In this document: positions 30,088 through 40,510 of the stretch, piece by piece | How positions within the stretch are numbered: the stretch's first letter is position 1 | Layout: every line of letters starts with the position of its first letter | Assembly (NCBI GenBank): GCA_965219095.1 | Contig: OZ244719.1 | Location: 256,001 to 320,000, forward strand | DNA length: 64,000 nt | Source: Bdellovibrionales bacterium | Lineage (GTDB): Bacteria > Bdellovibrionota > Bdellovibrionia > Bdellovibrionales > UBA1609 | Direction of reading: 5' to 3' | Notes under the pieces: generated by a model | The model's input: the letters and a program-made list of their open reading frames with translations, nothing else | Database searches by the model: none | Told to the model about the DNA's origin: nothing | Translations under genes and position numbers: made by a program

Positions 30088-31608
30088 GCCTCCTCAAAAG
30101 AATCTGTGGGTTCCTGGAGGTTCTGGCAGTTTTCCAAGGTTATGATATAAGGCGATTTTTATAGCTTTAGAGGTTCTAAAGCCGTAAGATTTTCTCATAG
30201 TGAGTTTTACTTTGTTGTTTAAACCCTCTACAATCCCTGAGGAGAAGGTTTTTTTAGCCTTGAAGTAATTAAGGATAAGAGTTTTATGTCTTCGTATGGT
30301 TTTTGCTCTCTTTTCATAGGTTCAATTTTTGAAAGCATGACTCGTCTCGTCCAACTGTCTATAAATTTACCAGCCCAAGTTGGTGAAACATAGGTCCATA
30401 ACTGTCGGAAGTCTTCTTTTAAAAGATAACAGAGGATACTTTTTAAATTGTACTGTATTAAATGCCTTAATTTTACTTTTTCATAAGATTTTAAATTTTC
30501 TGCATTTTTTAACAAGGGCCATCTAGCTTTTGTTAAAAGGGGTTCATACCCGTCTTCTTTCATTTTTTTGTGTTCTGAAGCTCTCACTTCGTCTAAAGCC
30601 TTATTGAGTCTTGCTACGATATGAAACCGATCTAATATGTGTAAAGCTCCACTTGCCCTCTCCTTTATGACTTTTAAATAAGGCTTCCACATATCAGAGC
30701 ACACAAACCATATCTCTTTTGACTTCTCTCCTAGTAAATCAAAGAATTTTCTAAAACTCTTTTCTGTTCGTTTCTCTCCTATCCACAACAAGCGTACACG
30801 GGTTTTGCTTATTTCATAGACTAAGGTGAGATACTGATGGTTCTTTTTCCATTGTATTTCATCTACACCTATAGCTTGTATTCCCTTTAAAACCCTTTGT
30901 TTTAAACCATATTCTACGACCCATTCTACCGAAGCATAGACCTGATTCCAACTGACATGAAACTTACAAGAAACCTCTTTCCAAGACAGGTGACGACACC
31001 AGTCTGCTAAATACTTCATGTAAAAGATCGTTAAACTCTTCTTACCATCGGCCCAAGGTAAATACTCAACTTTTACCCCACAGCAAGGACAATTAACTCT
31101 TCTTACAAAATAAACAAAAAACACCCTGTAACTTAAAATAGGAAGGGATTCAAAGTCCCGTGATGATTTACTGCTGTCATACACTGAACAGGGCTTCTTA
31201 CAAACACTACAAAAAGCTTGGCCATTTTTACGAGCCTTAATAGGAACATTAATTGACTTTCTATCTTTTGAAAAATAAATGTCTCCGTATACAAAAGACT
31301 TCCATCTTAAACAATCATTTAGTATAGTCTTCAAAAGCATCTCTTCCCTCCTTTTTTTTTTTTTTGAATAACATTTTAAGGCATCTGGGAAGTAGGTGCT
31401 TCTTTTTTAAAATTTTAATGTAACACAGCAAATAAAAGCAAATAAAATGAATGTTTTTGAGTTCAATCACCGGAGGTGATAGAGGCCAGTAAGGGCCTCA
31501 AAGAACTCAAAAATACAAGATAGGATGTCTTAACTCTTGCTTTGATTAATATGAGCCTTTTTGGGGGATTTCTAGCTACTTTTCACCCACAGATTTCCGG
31601 AAGGAGCC
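30088..31608 (-). mobile_element. ISL3-family element, full length, transposase frameshifted near 30300
   Basis: ORF 30228-31340 plus an out-of-frame C-terminus (GIVEGLNNKVK...YGFR). TIRs G(G/C)CTCCT.....GAATCTGTGGG and AT-rich near-duplicated flanks. Confidence 0.92.
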
Positions 31609-31751
31609 AAAATTTATAAATTGATACAAAACTCAGTACAAAAAATTCAATTAAAAAAAGTCTTTCAAAACTCTACAATAAAGTTTTTAGTTTGGCTATC
31701 TTTTTTTTTAAAAAGAGTGGAATTGCCATCAATTCAAACGAAAAATTTAAG

Positions 31752-32399
31752 TCAAATAATAATTTTCATTGGTTTAATGTTTTTTGAAGTTACAGACAAG
31801 AGATAATCTTTGTCAAAATCAACATGCTTTGAATTCCAGATTCCTTCACAATCAATAGTAAAAAAATTATTTCTTCTTTTAGGATCTATCTTGTCAAAAG
31901 AAATTGACATTCCTTTCCCTATAGCTTTACTAATAGATTCCTTTAAAGTCCATCTTTCAAAAAAATAATGACATTGACTTTCTTTGGAAACAAGTTTTTT
32001 GTAATGATTTTTTTCCTGTAAACTAAAGATTCTTTTTGCCATCAGATCAACAGAACGCTCAAAATTTTTATATTCAACATCTACACCTACAGGTGATAAG
32101 AAGCTATAGGCAATACTACAAATGTTACGAGAGTGAGATAAGTTAAAATAATACTTGTCAAAATTTTTCAAACTTGGTTTTCCATATTTGTTGTATTGAA
32201 GTTTTAAATTATAAGCTTTAATTTTTGTCTTTTCAGATAATAATTCCTTTAACCTTCCCCTACAACAAAGATAACTCATAGATATTTTTTTATTCTTCAT
32301 TTTTGAAAACCTTTCTAACTCCTCTTTTGTGAGACAGCTCTTATAGAACTTTTCATTTTTTTGAAGATTGGAGATTTTATGAATGTAAACTTCAAGCAT
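31752..32399 (-). CDS. 4'-phosphopantetheinyl transferase (Sfp-type)
   Basis: YGKP, FNLSHS, VGVDVE and WTLKESISKAIG. Confidence 0.92.
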   Translation of the reverse strand: MLEVYIHKISNLQKNEKFYKSCLTKEELERFSKMKNKKISMSYLCCRGRLKELLSEKTKIKAYNLKLQYNKYGKPSLKNFDKYYFNLSHSRNICSIAYSFLSPVGVDVEYKNFERSVDLMAKRIFSLQEKNHYKKLVSKESQCHYFFERWTLKESISKAIGKGMSISFDKIDPKRRNNFFTIDCEGIWNSKHVDFDKDYLLSVTSKNIKPMKIII

Positions 32400-32648
32400 A
32401 ATAATTTTGATTTTTTTTAAATAAGCTCATAAAAAGTTTTCTTGTTAATTTTATCGCCACTCTTCTTAAGAAAGTTAAACCTTATGGTTCTTTCATACAT
32501 CATTTGATCTAAAAAATTCTAGTTTTTTAGAGAAGCTCTTTCAACTCCTTTTTATAAAAATAACCTATAATGAATCCGAATTCATTTTTTAAAAAAAGTA
32601 GGCTGGAATGCGTTAAGAAGGGATATAAAAACTCATTGAATTTTCATA

Positions 32649-32722
32649 TATAGTGAATACGCTTAGATTTTCCGGTCGATTCTTTAGAGAAAAAACCTGA
32701 AAACTTAAACGGAAGCACTATA
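32649..32722. mobile_element. 74-bp MITE made of both IS630 type B ends
   Basis: TATAGTGAATACGCTTAGATTTTCCG...CCTGAAAACTTAAACGGAAGCACTATA matches the two ends of 959-2101. Confidence 0.75.
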
Positions 32723-32772
32723 TGAACTGGTTAGCCTTTTATGCCGTTTATGAATATAATCATAATTACGTT

Positions 32773-32796
32773 GAGCCTCTTTTATAAAAGAGGCTC
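32773..32796 (-). terminator. Perfect 24-bp palindrome after the spondin-domain gene
   Basis: GAGCCTCTTTTATAAAAGAGGCTC, 10 bp past the stop. Confidence 0.6.
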
Positions 32797-32806
32797 GTAG
32801 GTTAAA

Positions 32807-33498
32807 TCAGTAAGAAATTTTTCGTACTCTTTCAATAATAACTTTTGCTACTTTTGAAGCAAAAGCATCTCTTAGAGGCTTTAGGTCACCTATGTTCAGA
32901 AGCCCGGGGTGAGGGTGAATAAATCCTTCTCCTCCTTGTGTGCCAACTCCTGGCTTATTGCAGGGAGGAGCTGGAATATGACGACAAAGTTCTGTATTGA
33001 GTTCAGCTCCACTGTCATAAACAGAAGCTAGATAAATGACTTTATCTTTTCCAAAAGAGAGAGGGGCTTTGATAGCTAAAAAAGCATCATTTGTTCGAGC
33101 CAACATAGCTACGACAGATACCTTATTAAAGCGAGAACTGTCAGCTACAACTCGAATTTTAATTTCTGCTTTTTGTCCAGGTAAAATAATACCTTCTCCT
33201 TCTTGGATGCGAATGACTTTGAGTTTGCTCTAAGTTCATTACGAAGTTTGCTTGTGCCTCCATCTTGAGATAACTCCTTAAGACCGGAAGAAGCTTCTTG
33301 TCCTAAGTGAAATATTTGACTGTCTTGTGTATGAACAGCCACAAGGGGTGGAGTGATGGGCTGCCCCTTTGTAAGATTGACGATTGTGATTTTATATTCA
33401 TTGTGCTTGTCGCAACACTTTTTTTCAGAATCCTTGCTATGCGAAGCCAAAAGCATAGGACTAGAGAAAAAAAGTATTATAATGATAAGTTGTTTCAT
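32807..33498 (-). pseudogene. Secreted Spondin_N-domain protein, one frameshift near 33220
   Basis: NLTKGQPITP..VAVH, AS.GL..L..DG, MLARTNDAF and YDSGAE.NTE are spread over two frames. Confidence 0.75.
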
Positions 33499-33862
33499 AA
33501 TATGTTCCTCTTAACTTAGTTTTTTATTGATTTTATTTTTATTTATCGTGATTTTATTTAAGTTCTTAAAACTCTCTTCAAGACAGATCGACATTAAAAA
33601 CTCAAACATAACTTACGATATAACCTATCTTTGACAGTATGAAAGAGATGAAAAAAGCTAACAACTAAAACTTCAGTTAAGCTAAAATTAAGCTCATCTT
33701 AAGATCTAAAAGAAGGTTTTTTATCTAATCTTTTATTCAGATTAATGTACTGATGTTTGAATTTTGTCTAATCAAGGCTTTTTATTTTAGAATTCATAAA
33801 TAAAGGGTGAAAAAATAACTTTTTTAGACGCACTGCAGTTTTATTTCATTTTTTATAACCTT

Positions 33863-34429
33863 TTATAGCTTTTGAACAGTCCTCCATTTCATTACTAAAT
33901 AAAAATAAGTAGGTACAAGAAATAAAGCCATCACAAGAAGTGTATAAAATACAGGGGAGCTAAAAAAATCCACCCAAGGTTTCTTTACCCCAGAAATAAA
34001 CTCTTCATAAGTTCCTGTGTAAGTAAACCTTTGGAAACCAGTTCCATCCCAACCGAAAAATAAAATAAAAAACATACAAAAGTGACTTCCTATCACTTGT
34101 AGCTTAGCTAAAAACATTCTTCCAGAACGAATGAGACGATAAGTCACATAATAACCCAAGACTCCAAGAGCAGAATTGGTTGAAGCAAATAAAAATACAA
34201 GCCAAGAAGGAATGCTTTTATGACCAGAAGCTACAAACATAGTTTCCCAACTGGGAAACTCCCATAACAAATACACTCCTGAAGGTGCAAACAAAAAACT
34301 AAGCCACATAAGAATTTTAGGAAAGTAAGGGTTAGACCAAACATTATTTGTATTTTTTAAGAATTCAGTCGCTGATAAAGTTAAACCTGAAGCTAAACCA
34401 TAAGACCAAAAAATATCAACCTGCACCAT
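33863..34429 (-). CDS. Conserved-looking membrane protein
   Basis: MVQVDIFWSYG start, RBS AGGAGG and several TM helices. Confidence 0.8.
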   Translation of the reverse strand: MVQVDIFWSYGLASGLTLSATEFLKNTNNVWSNPYFPKILMWLSFLFAPSGVYLLWEFPSWETMFVASGHKSIPSWLVFLFASTNSALGVLGYYVTYRLIRSGRMFLAKLQVIGSHFCMFFILFFGWDGTGFQRFTYTGTYEEFISGVKKPWVDFFSSPVFYTLLVMALFLVPTYFYLVMKWRTVQKL

Positions 34430-34444
34430 AAAAACCTCCTTAAA

Positions 34445-35827
34445 TTAAAATCTAAAATTTTTATAAATCCTTTTTAAAAACTTAACCTTTTCTTCTGTAT
34501 AGGGAGGATAACGGGCCTCAAAATCATAATAGCTCAATTGCTTCATAACAGCCTTTTTATGGCTGAAAGTTTCAAAACTATGTCGCCCATGGTAGGCTCC
34601 CCATCCGCTATTTTTAACTCCTCCAAAAGGAAGATGAAAGTTATTTGCATGCAAAACAGCATCATTGATAACACAACTTCCACATTTTAGTTCTTTAATG
34701 AATTGATTTTGAATTTTCTTATCTCTTGAAAACAAATAAGATGTGAGAGGTTCACCTTGTAACTTAATCATATCAAAAGTTTTTTGAAAATCAGTGTATT
34801 CTAAAATAGGAAGTATAGGACCGAAAATTTCTTCATGAATACAGGGGCTTTCCCAAGAAGGGTTTAAAATCAAAGTAGGTTCTAAAAAAAGCTTTTCTTC
34901 ATTTTGATTACCTCCATAATAAACCTCTTGATGTTTTAAATAGTTTTGAAGTCTTTGAAAATGTTTACGGTTAACAATTCGTGAAAGAGAACAACTTTCT
35001 TCTGGCTTTTGTCCAAACCATTGCTTCAAAGTAGATTTTAATTTTTTTAAAAACTCATCACGTACATCTTTATGAATACAGACAAAATTAGGAGCAAGGC
35101 AGGTCTGACCATTATTGAGGAACTTACTCCAAGCCAATCGTGAAACTGCAGATTTTAAATGAGCATCTCTGTGAACCATGGAAGGGTTTACGCCTCCTAA
35201 CTCTAAAGTAACTGGGGAGAGGTTTTGGCTTGCAGCTTTTAGTACAAGTTTTCCAACTTGAGGATTTCCCGTAAAGAAAATATGATCAAAAGGGTGCTCT
35301 AAAAGCTTCTGAGATTCTTGAATTCCTCCTTTGACAACAGCTACATGATTTTTGGAAAAAGCTTCTGAAATCATCTCATACAACAATTGGGATGAGTGAG
35401 GGGAATGCTCAGAAGTTTTAAGAACAGCACAGTTTCCTGCTGACAAAGCCCCTATAAGAGGGCTTAGAGATAAGCGAAAGGGATAATTCCAAGGGCTTAT
35501 GATAAGAATAACACCTAAAGGACAATGGACTTCATAGCTTTTAGTCCTCCATAAGAAAAGAGGGGTTCTTACTTTTTTTGAATTCATCCAAAGCTTAAGA
35601 TTTTTTTGAGCAAAGCGAATCTCCTCTAAGAGAAAATAAACTTCACCAGAAAGAGATTCAACTTTTGGCTTTTGTAAGTCCTTATGAAGACAGTCAATAA
35701 TAGCTTTTTCGTTCCTTTGAATGACTTTCTTCAACTTTTCAAGACTATTTTGGCGATAATGAAAATTTTGTATAACATTTTGATGGAACAGGTACCTTTG
35801 GTTTTCAAAAAGAGTAGTAAAGTTCAT
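34445..35827 (-). CDS. Aldehyde dehydrogenase (class 3-like)
   Basis: PWNYP, FFTG, TLELGG, NGQTCLAP, EEIFGP and LPFGGV. ATG 35827 was chosen as start. Confidence 0.93.
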   Translation of the reverse strand: MNFTTLFENQRYLFHQNVIQNFHYRQNSLEKLKKVIQRNEKAIIDCLHKDLQKPKVESLSGEVYFLLEEIRFAQKNLKLWMNSKKVRTPLFLWRTKSYEVHCPLGVILIISPWNYPFRLSLSPLIGALSAGNCAVLKTSEHSPHSSQLLYEMISEAFSKNHVAVVKGGIQESQKLLEHPFDHIFFTGNPQVGKLVLKAASQNLSPVTLELGGVNPSMVHRDAHLKSAVSRLAWSKFLNNGQTCLAPNFVCIHKDVRDEFLKKLKSTLKQWFGQKPEESCSLSRIVNRKHFQRLQNYLKHQEVYYGGNQNEEKLFLEPTLILNPSWESPCIHEEIFGPILPILEYTDFQKTFDMIKLQGEPLTSYLFSRDKKIQNQFIKELKCGSCVINDAVLHANNFHLPFGGVKNSGWGAYHGRHSFETFSHKKAVMKQLSYYDFEARYPPYTEEKVKFLKRIYKNFRF

Positions 35828-36191
35828 GTATTGAACTATGAAAGAATATCTTAAAAAAGTCCATAAAAATGTACAAAAATGCCTTTTCTTTGTATTTTTT
35901 ACAAAAAGAAAAAATTTATTGATCATTTAATCTTTTTAATATATTATGCCTCAAATTAAGCAAGAAAATCTTAATAAAAAGACGGACTAAAGCTTAAGGA
36001 GATTTACATAATGAAGCCATTATTCAAAGCATCACTTACTAATTTTCTTGTTAAACCCTACCATTTTACTCATACTATCACAGCCCAAAAAACTCCCCAC
36101 TATCATGAGCAGTTTATGGATATCTGGATTCAATGAAAGAAGAAACCCAAAACAAACATGGAAAAATATTTACAAACAAAGGAGGCAAAAA

Positions 36192-39100
36192 ATGAAAAAC
36201 TTTAAACTCATTATTTTATTGGTTTTAATCTTACCTTTGAAGAGCTACAGTTTTCCTTTCGATAATTTCTCTAAAGTAAAGAAAGGGGTACCCGTTCGCA
36301 TCCATTCAGAAATCATACCTTCTAATTCAAGTCCCTTTGGTTCAAAAGCATTACAAAAGAAAGCAAAGCGAAATGAGATAACCTCTATTGAACAAGATGG
36401 AACTCTCATTATTAAAAGTTTCAAAAAAGACATTCTTTTCATTCCTAAATTTGATCTTCAAACTAAATCACTGGTCAATCACTATTTCTACGAAATCGGT
36501 TTTGATAGTTCCAGCAATAAAAACTTTAAAAGTATTGAGAAACCCTTAAGGCTAATATACTATTTTAAAGGGGGTCAAGAAGAAAATGACATTTCTTTCA
36601 TTCCTATTAGTACTATAGTAGAAGAATCTATAGAGGAAGCCGCATGGCAAATAATAAATAATGTAAAATTAGGCTTAAACTTTTATATACATCCTCCTGT
36701 TCATACTCAAAAGGAAATCACAGATCTTTCAGAAAATTTATTAAAACATGAATTTGAAATGTTAGAAAAAACCCTACTTTATCATATATATGATAAAGTA
36801 CAAAGACCTTTGACAGAAAAAGAGCTTGACACGTACTTAAAATATATAAGAAAAAAGCCTTTCTATCAAGATCAAAAATATAAACGTACAAATATGTTGA
36901 GAAAGTTTATCATGGGATCTGTCTCTCATAATAAACTTTACTCTTACAACAACGACGAACCTTTTTATAAAAATGTTGAAATTCAATTCTCCTCATCATC
37001 AAAAGAAATAGATAAAGATGGGAATGAAATTATCAAAATTCACCTTCATATGAAATTTAATTTATATAAAAAACAAGAAAAGAATCTAGCACCTTTAAAA
37101 CAAAACCTTTCTGATTTAATTTTTGAGACTTCTATACTCTCTTTGGCCAGTTTTTTAAGCTTTCAGAATGGAGTTGTAACTCAAAAGTTAAAAGAAGTAA
37201 AATCTAAATCTTACGAATTAAAAGAACTTTCTCCTCTCCTTAATTGTCAGCTTACTAATGATTTTATAGATTCCATGTTATACCTCAATGAATTGCTGTA
37301 TCAACCTGAAGCTACTACTTATTGGAGTTCTCGCATCCATAAAAAAAGTCAAGATGTTCATTTCCAAGGAGAAAAGCCTTTTATTATTTCTTCTTTTCTT
37401 GAAATTATTTCAAGAAAAGAAGAAATTGATTTTAAGAAAGGTGACTTTGAAAACTTTAATATATTTGCTCAAAAAATTCTATCTGAAAAAAATATTCTCA
37501 ATGAATTAATGCAAATTTTAAATCGCTCTTTTATACCTCTTTCAAATATATCAACCCCTCCTCTTTCATCCCAAGAAGTAATGCTAAAGAATTCTTCTGT
37601 TGGAAAAAATCAAAAAACGAATATGCTCATTGAAATTTTATTTACTCATAAAGACATCATTTTAAAAGATATGGAGTCCATTAGAGAGTTCATAAAAAGA
37701 AAGCAAGAAAAAAGGAAGAAGGCCTTATCTTCTTTGAAAAACTTTTACTTGAAGGTTTTTAATTCCTATGATGTTATTTTTCTTGAATCAGATATTAAAG
37801 AGTTTCATACACAGCTTTCTTTTCTAGATAACTCCACACGTCTATTTACAAAATCTATGTGTAAAAAAATTGTATCTTTTTATGCAAAAAGCCTATTAAT
37901 GTATAAAAAAAGATACAATGACTTGGAAAGTTTTATGAAACTTGATTTTGAAGAAACCAAAGACAGCTATAAACTTTCAGAAATTCAAATCAAAGAAATA
38001 AGCACACAACTTGAAGAAAATAATATGAAACAAAACCCTTCTACTATTTCAGAGCAAAGGGCCATAGCTGTAAATAAATTTAAACTCATGCTCAATACAG
38101 AAAATTTTAAGTATGAAACCCAAAGGCAAAGAGAAAATTTAATCTCTTATTTTCTAAGTGTACACGACCTTCAATTTATAGAAAAGCTTAACTTCTTGAG
38201 TGCATCTAATATAAAATTTTTAGAAAAGACCCACTTAACTTCTTTATCCGCATTAAATGTAGACGAACTAGGTAGTGAATTTAAGACCTTTGTTTATGAA
38301 ATTTTCTTAGAAGCCTTTTATCCTTTTGTTAACAAATATAATGCTTTCTTTCTAGATAGTCATTTTAAAGATAGCCTGACTGGTTCTTTTGCTGGTATAG
38401 GTGTAAAATTAGATCGCTTTGTAACTGGTTATGATAGAGTAAAAATTGATTTTGTTTTTCCAGAAGGACCTGCAGAAGAGGTCGGACTCAATGTTGGAGA
38501 TTCTATAACACATATTAAAAGTACTCCAAATAGTGCTTGGATTCCTGTACAAGGGTTAAGCATAGAAGAAATTATAGATAACATAAGGGGTTCCACAAAC
38601 ACTCCAGTTGAACTTAGAATTAAAAGAGGTGACAAAGATTTAGAAGAAGAGTTAAAAATCATTAGAAAACAAATTCAAAAAAACATATACACTCCTTTAT
38701 CTATTTTTGAAATAGAGGAAACTAATTCACAAACAGGTAAGACAAATACTCTTAAAGTAGGAGTTATAAAGGTCTTTAGCTTTCCTATGAATGTTCATAA
38801 AAAAATAGAACAAACCATTGATTTAGCAAAATCTAAAGAAGTTCAATCTCTAATTATTGACTTGACTTCCAACCCAGGAGGTCTATTAAGTGAGGCTATG
38901 TCAACTGTAGCTCTCTTTATTGAGAATGGGTTAATTGTAATAAGAAAAGGCTTTGGAGGTACCAGTTACTCTGAAGCTGTAAATACTCATAAAAAGTGGA
39001 CAGGACCTTTAACAGTTCTTATAAACAGTAAATCTGCTAGTTCTAGTGAGGTTGTAACAGGGGCTCTTAAGGATCATAGACGAGCCTTGATTGTGGGAAG

Positions 39101-39602
39101 CCCTTTTACTTTTGGAAAATTTACTGTGCAACAAATGAAACCTTTTGAAAGATTGTTGTCACATCAAGACTATTCCTCTGAACTCATGGAAAATTTAAAC
39201 AGTAAATACACTGCTAAAATAACAACAGATTTTTATTTTAATCCTAACGGTGAATTTTTAAATGGCAAAGGAGTTGCTTCTCATATTGTTCTTCCTAGTT
39301 TGAAAGACGATATGAAGAATCTTCTTGATGATTATAGTCAATCTATTACTGAACCACCCTATAATAGTCTTTACAATTATCAAGAGTTCATCCCAAGCGA
39401 TCCTCAGATTACAGACGAGAATATTCAAGTCATTCAAGGTCTTATAGAAAAAAAATCTGACTCTACTACTTATACAGTAAGACTCTTAGAATCAGGAACT
39501 TTATATAATGAGAATCTATTTGATGAAACCAATAAAATTCCTTCTCATATTTCAGAGGCCGTCCATGCTTCTTTTTATTTGTATAAAATGCAACAACAAT
39601 AA
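36192..39602 (+). CDS. Secreted S41 (tail-specific/CtpA-like) protease with PDZ and a very long N-terminal extension
   Basis: RBS GGAGG, signal peptide, GIG PDZ loop, DL..NPGG, SASSSE and TFGK. Confidence 0.88.
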   Translation: MKNFKLIILLVLILPLKSYSFPFDNFSKVKKGVPVRIHSEIIPSNSSPFGSKALQKKAKRNEITSIEQDGTLIIKSFKKDILFIPKFDLQTKSLVNHYFYEIGFDSSSNKNFKSIEKPLRLIYYFKGGQEENDISFIPISTIVEESIEEAAWQIINNVKLGLNFYIHPPVHTQKEITDLSENLLKHEFEMLEKTLLYHIYDKVQRPLTEKELDTYLKYIRKKPFYQDQKYKRTNMLRKFIMGSVSHNKLYSYNNDEPFYKNVEIQFSSSSKEIDKDGNEIIKIHLHMKFNLYKKQEKNLAPLKQNLSDLIFETSILSLASFLSFQNGVVTQKLKEVKSKSYELKELSPLLNCQLTNDFIDSMLYLNELLYQPEATTYWSSRIHKKSQDVHFQGEKPFIISSFLEIISRKEEIDFKKGDFENFNIFAQKILSEKNILNELMQILNRSFIPLSNISTPPLSSQEVMLKNSSVGKNQKTNMLIEILFTHKDIILKDMESIREFIKRKQEKRKKALSSLKNFYLKVFNSYDVIFLESDIKEFHTQLSFLDNSTRLFTKSMCKKIVSFYAKSLLMYKKRYNDLESFMKLDFEETKDSYKLSEIQIKEISTQLEENNMKQNPSTISEQRAIAVNKFKLMLNTENFKYETQRQRENLISYFLSVHDLQFIEKLNFLSASNIKFLEKTHLTSLSALNVDELGSEFKTFVYEIFLEAFYPFVNKYNAFFLDSHFKDSLTGSFAGIGVKLDRFVTGYDRVKIDFVFPEGPAEEVGLNVGDSITHIKSTPNSAWIPVQGLSIEEIIDNIRGSTNTPVELRIKRGDKDLEEELKIIRKQIQKNIYTPLSIFEIEETNSQTGKTNTLKVGVIKVFSFPMNVHKKIEQTIDLAKSKEVQSLIIDLTSNPGGLLSEAMSTVALFIENGLIVIRKGFGGTSYSEAVNTHKKWTGPLTVLINSKSASSSEVVTGALKDHRRALIVGSPFTFGKFTVQQMKPFERLLSHQDYSSELMENLNSKYTAKITTDFYFNPNGEFLNGKGVASHIVLPSLKDDMKNLLDDYSQSITEPPYNSLYNYQEFIPSDPQITDENIQVIQGLIEKKSDSTTYTVRLLESGTLYNENLFDETNKIPSHISEAVHASFYLYKMQQQ

Positions 39603-39803
39603 TAGATCAGGGATTCATACAACCCTTATGAGTCCCTCATCACTACACTTGAAAAATTAATGTTCCAGTTTAGTAGAGCCTAACTGCAATTCACTGATAA
39701 CCTATAACAAAAGAAATATATTGCAGTTACTAGAAAACTTAGAAGTTATTCAGAAAAAAGGTTCAAAGGTTACATTTAATAATGCTGGATCTTTATTTTT
39801 TTC

Positions 39804-39841
39804 GGCTCCTCCCGGGAACCCACAGATTCTTTTGAGGAGCC
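39804..39841. repeat. 38-bp ISL3 left-end/right-end fusion
   Basis: GGCTCCTCCCGGGAA (left end) overlaps CCGGGAACCCACAGATTCTTTTGAGGAG (right end). Confidence 0.8.
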
Positions 39842-39869
39842 AAATCTATTAATCTGTAGCAAAGGAGTT

Positions 39870-40103
39870 TCAAGATTGGTTTGTAGAAGTAAAAAAATCA
39901 GATTCTACAACCCTGCAAACCTCATGATTACAAGAAGTGCAATTTCCACGGATAATTAAATTCATTTCTTTGATATTCATTTTTTCTGTAGCTATACTCA
40001 CCATACCTTTACAATTCACACAATATACATTGTTGAGTATTTTTATTCTCATTTGATTAGGTAAAGCATCCCATATTTTTTTGGCTTTAAATGTCTGCTT
40101 CAT
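39870..40103 (-). CDS. Small zinc-ribbon-like protein
   Basis: CVNC...CTSC pairs. Start MKQTF follows AAAGGGA. Confidence 0.7.
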   Translation of the reverse strand: MKQTFKAKKIWDALPNQMRIKILNNVYCVNCKGMVSIATEKMNIKEMNLIIRGNCTSCNHEVCRVVESDFFTSTNQS

Positions 40104-40112
40104 TCCCTTTAT

Positions 40113-40223
40113 GTACCACACCCCTGTCTTCAAGCTAGCCGTGACACCGCTCGCCTAACAGTATGGAGGGGAGGAAATGCGAAGTCACGGGTAGTTGATC
40201 GAAGAGACAGAGGGTGTGGGTAC
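40113..40223. other. GC-rich long imperfect hairpin of unknown nature
   Basis: Arms GTACCACACCCCTGTCTTC..CCGTGAC and GTCACGG..GAAGAGACAGAGGGTGTGGGTAC. Confidence 0.6.
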
Positions 40224-40510
40224 TGAAAACTCAATTATTTCAATGAATTGCACTTACTTGTGAAATAAAGTTCCTTTTTCCAAATGTTCCAAATGAAAGT
40301 ACACTTTCATTTCATTTCATTTCACTTTCATGCGGTTTTTTTACCTCATCCCTTCCTCAAAATCTCTCAAGCAAAACTCCAACTCATTATCCATAAAAGG
40401 AGAGGAAAGTTCGGTTTCTAATATCTCAATGCAGTAAGCTAAAATAGATGTCATTTAAGTTTTTTCCCGGGTTTAAAAAAAAGTTCTTTCTCTTCATCTC
40501 TCCGATATAT

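Noticed and set aside
40305..40330. (TTTCA)n microsatellite
   Set aside because: About five imperfect units in intergenic AT-rich DNA, with no linked function evident.
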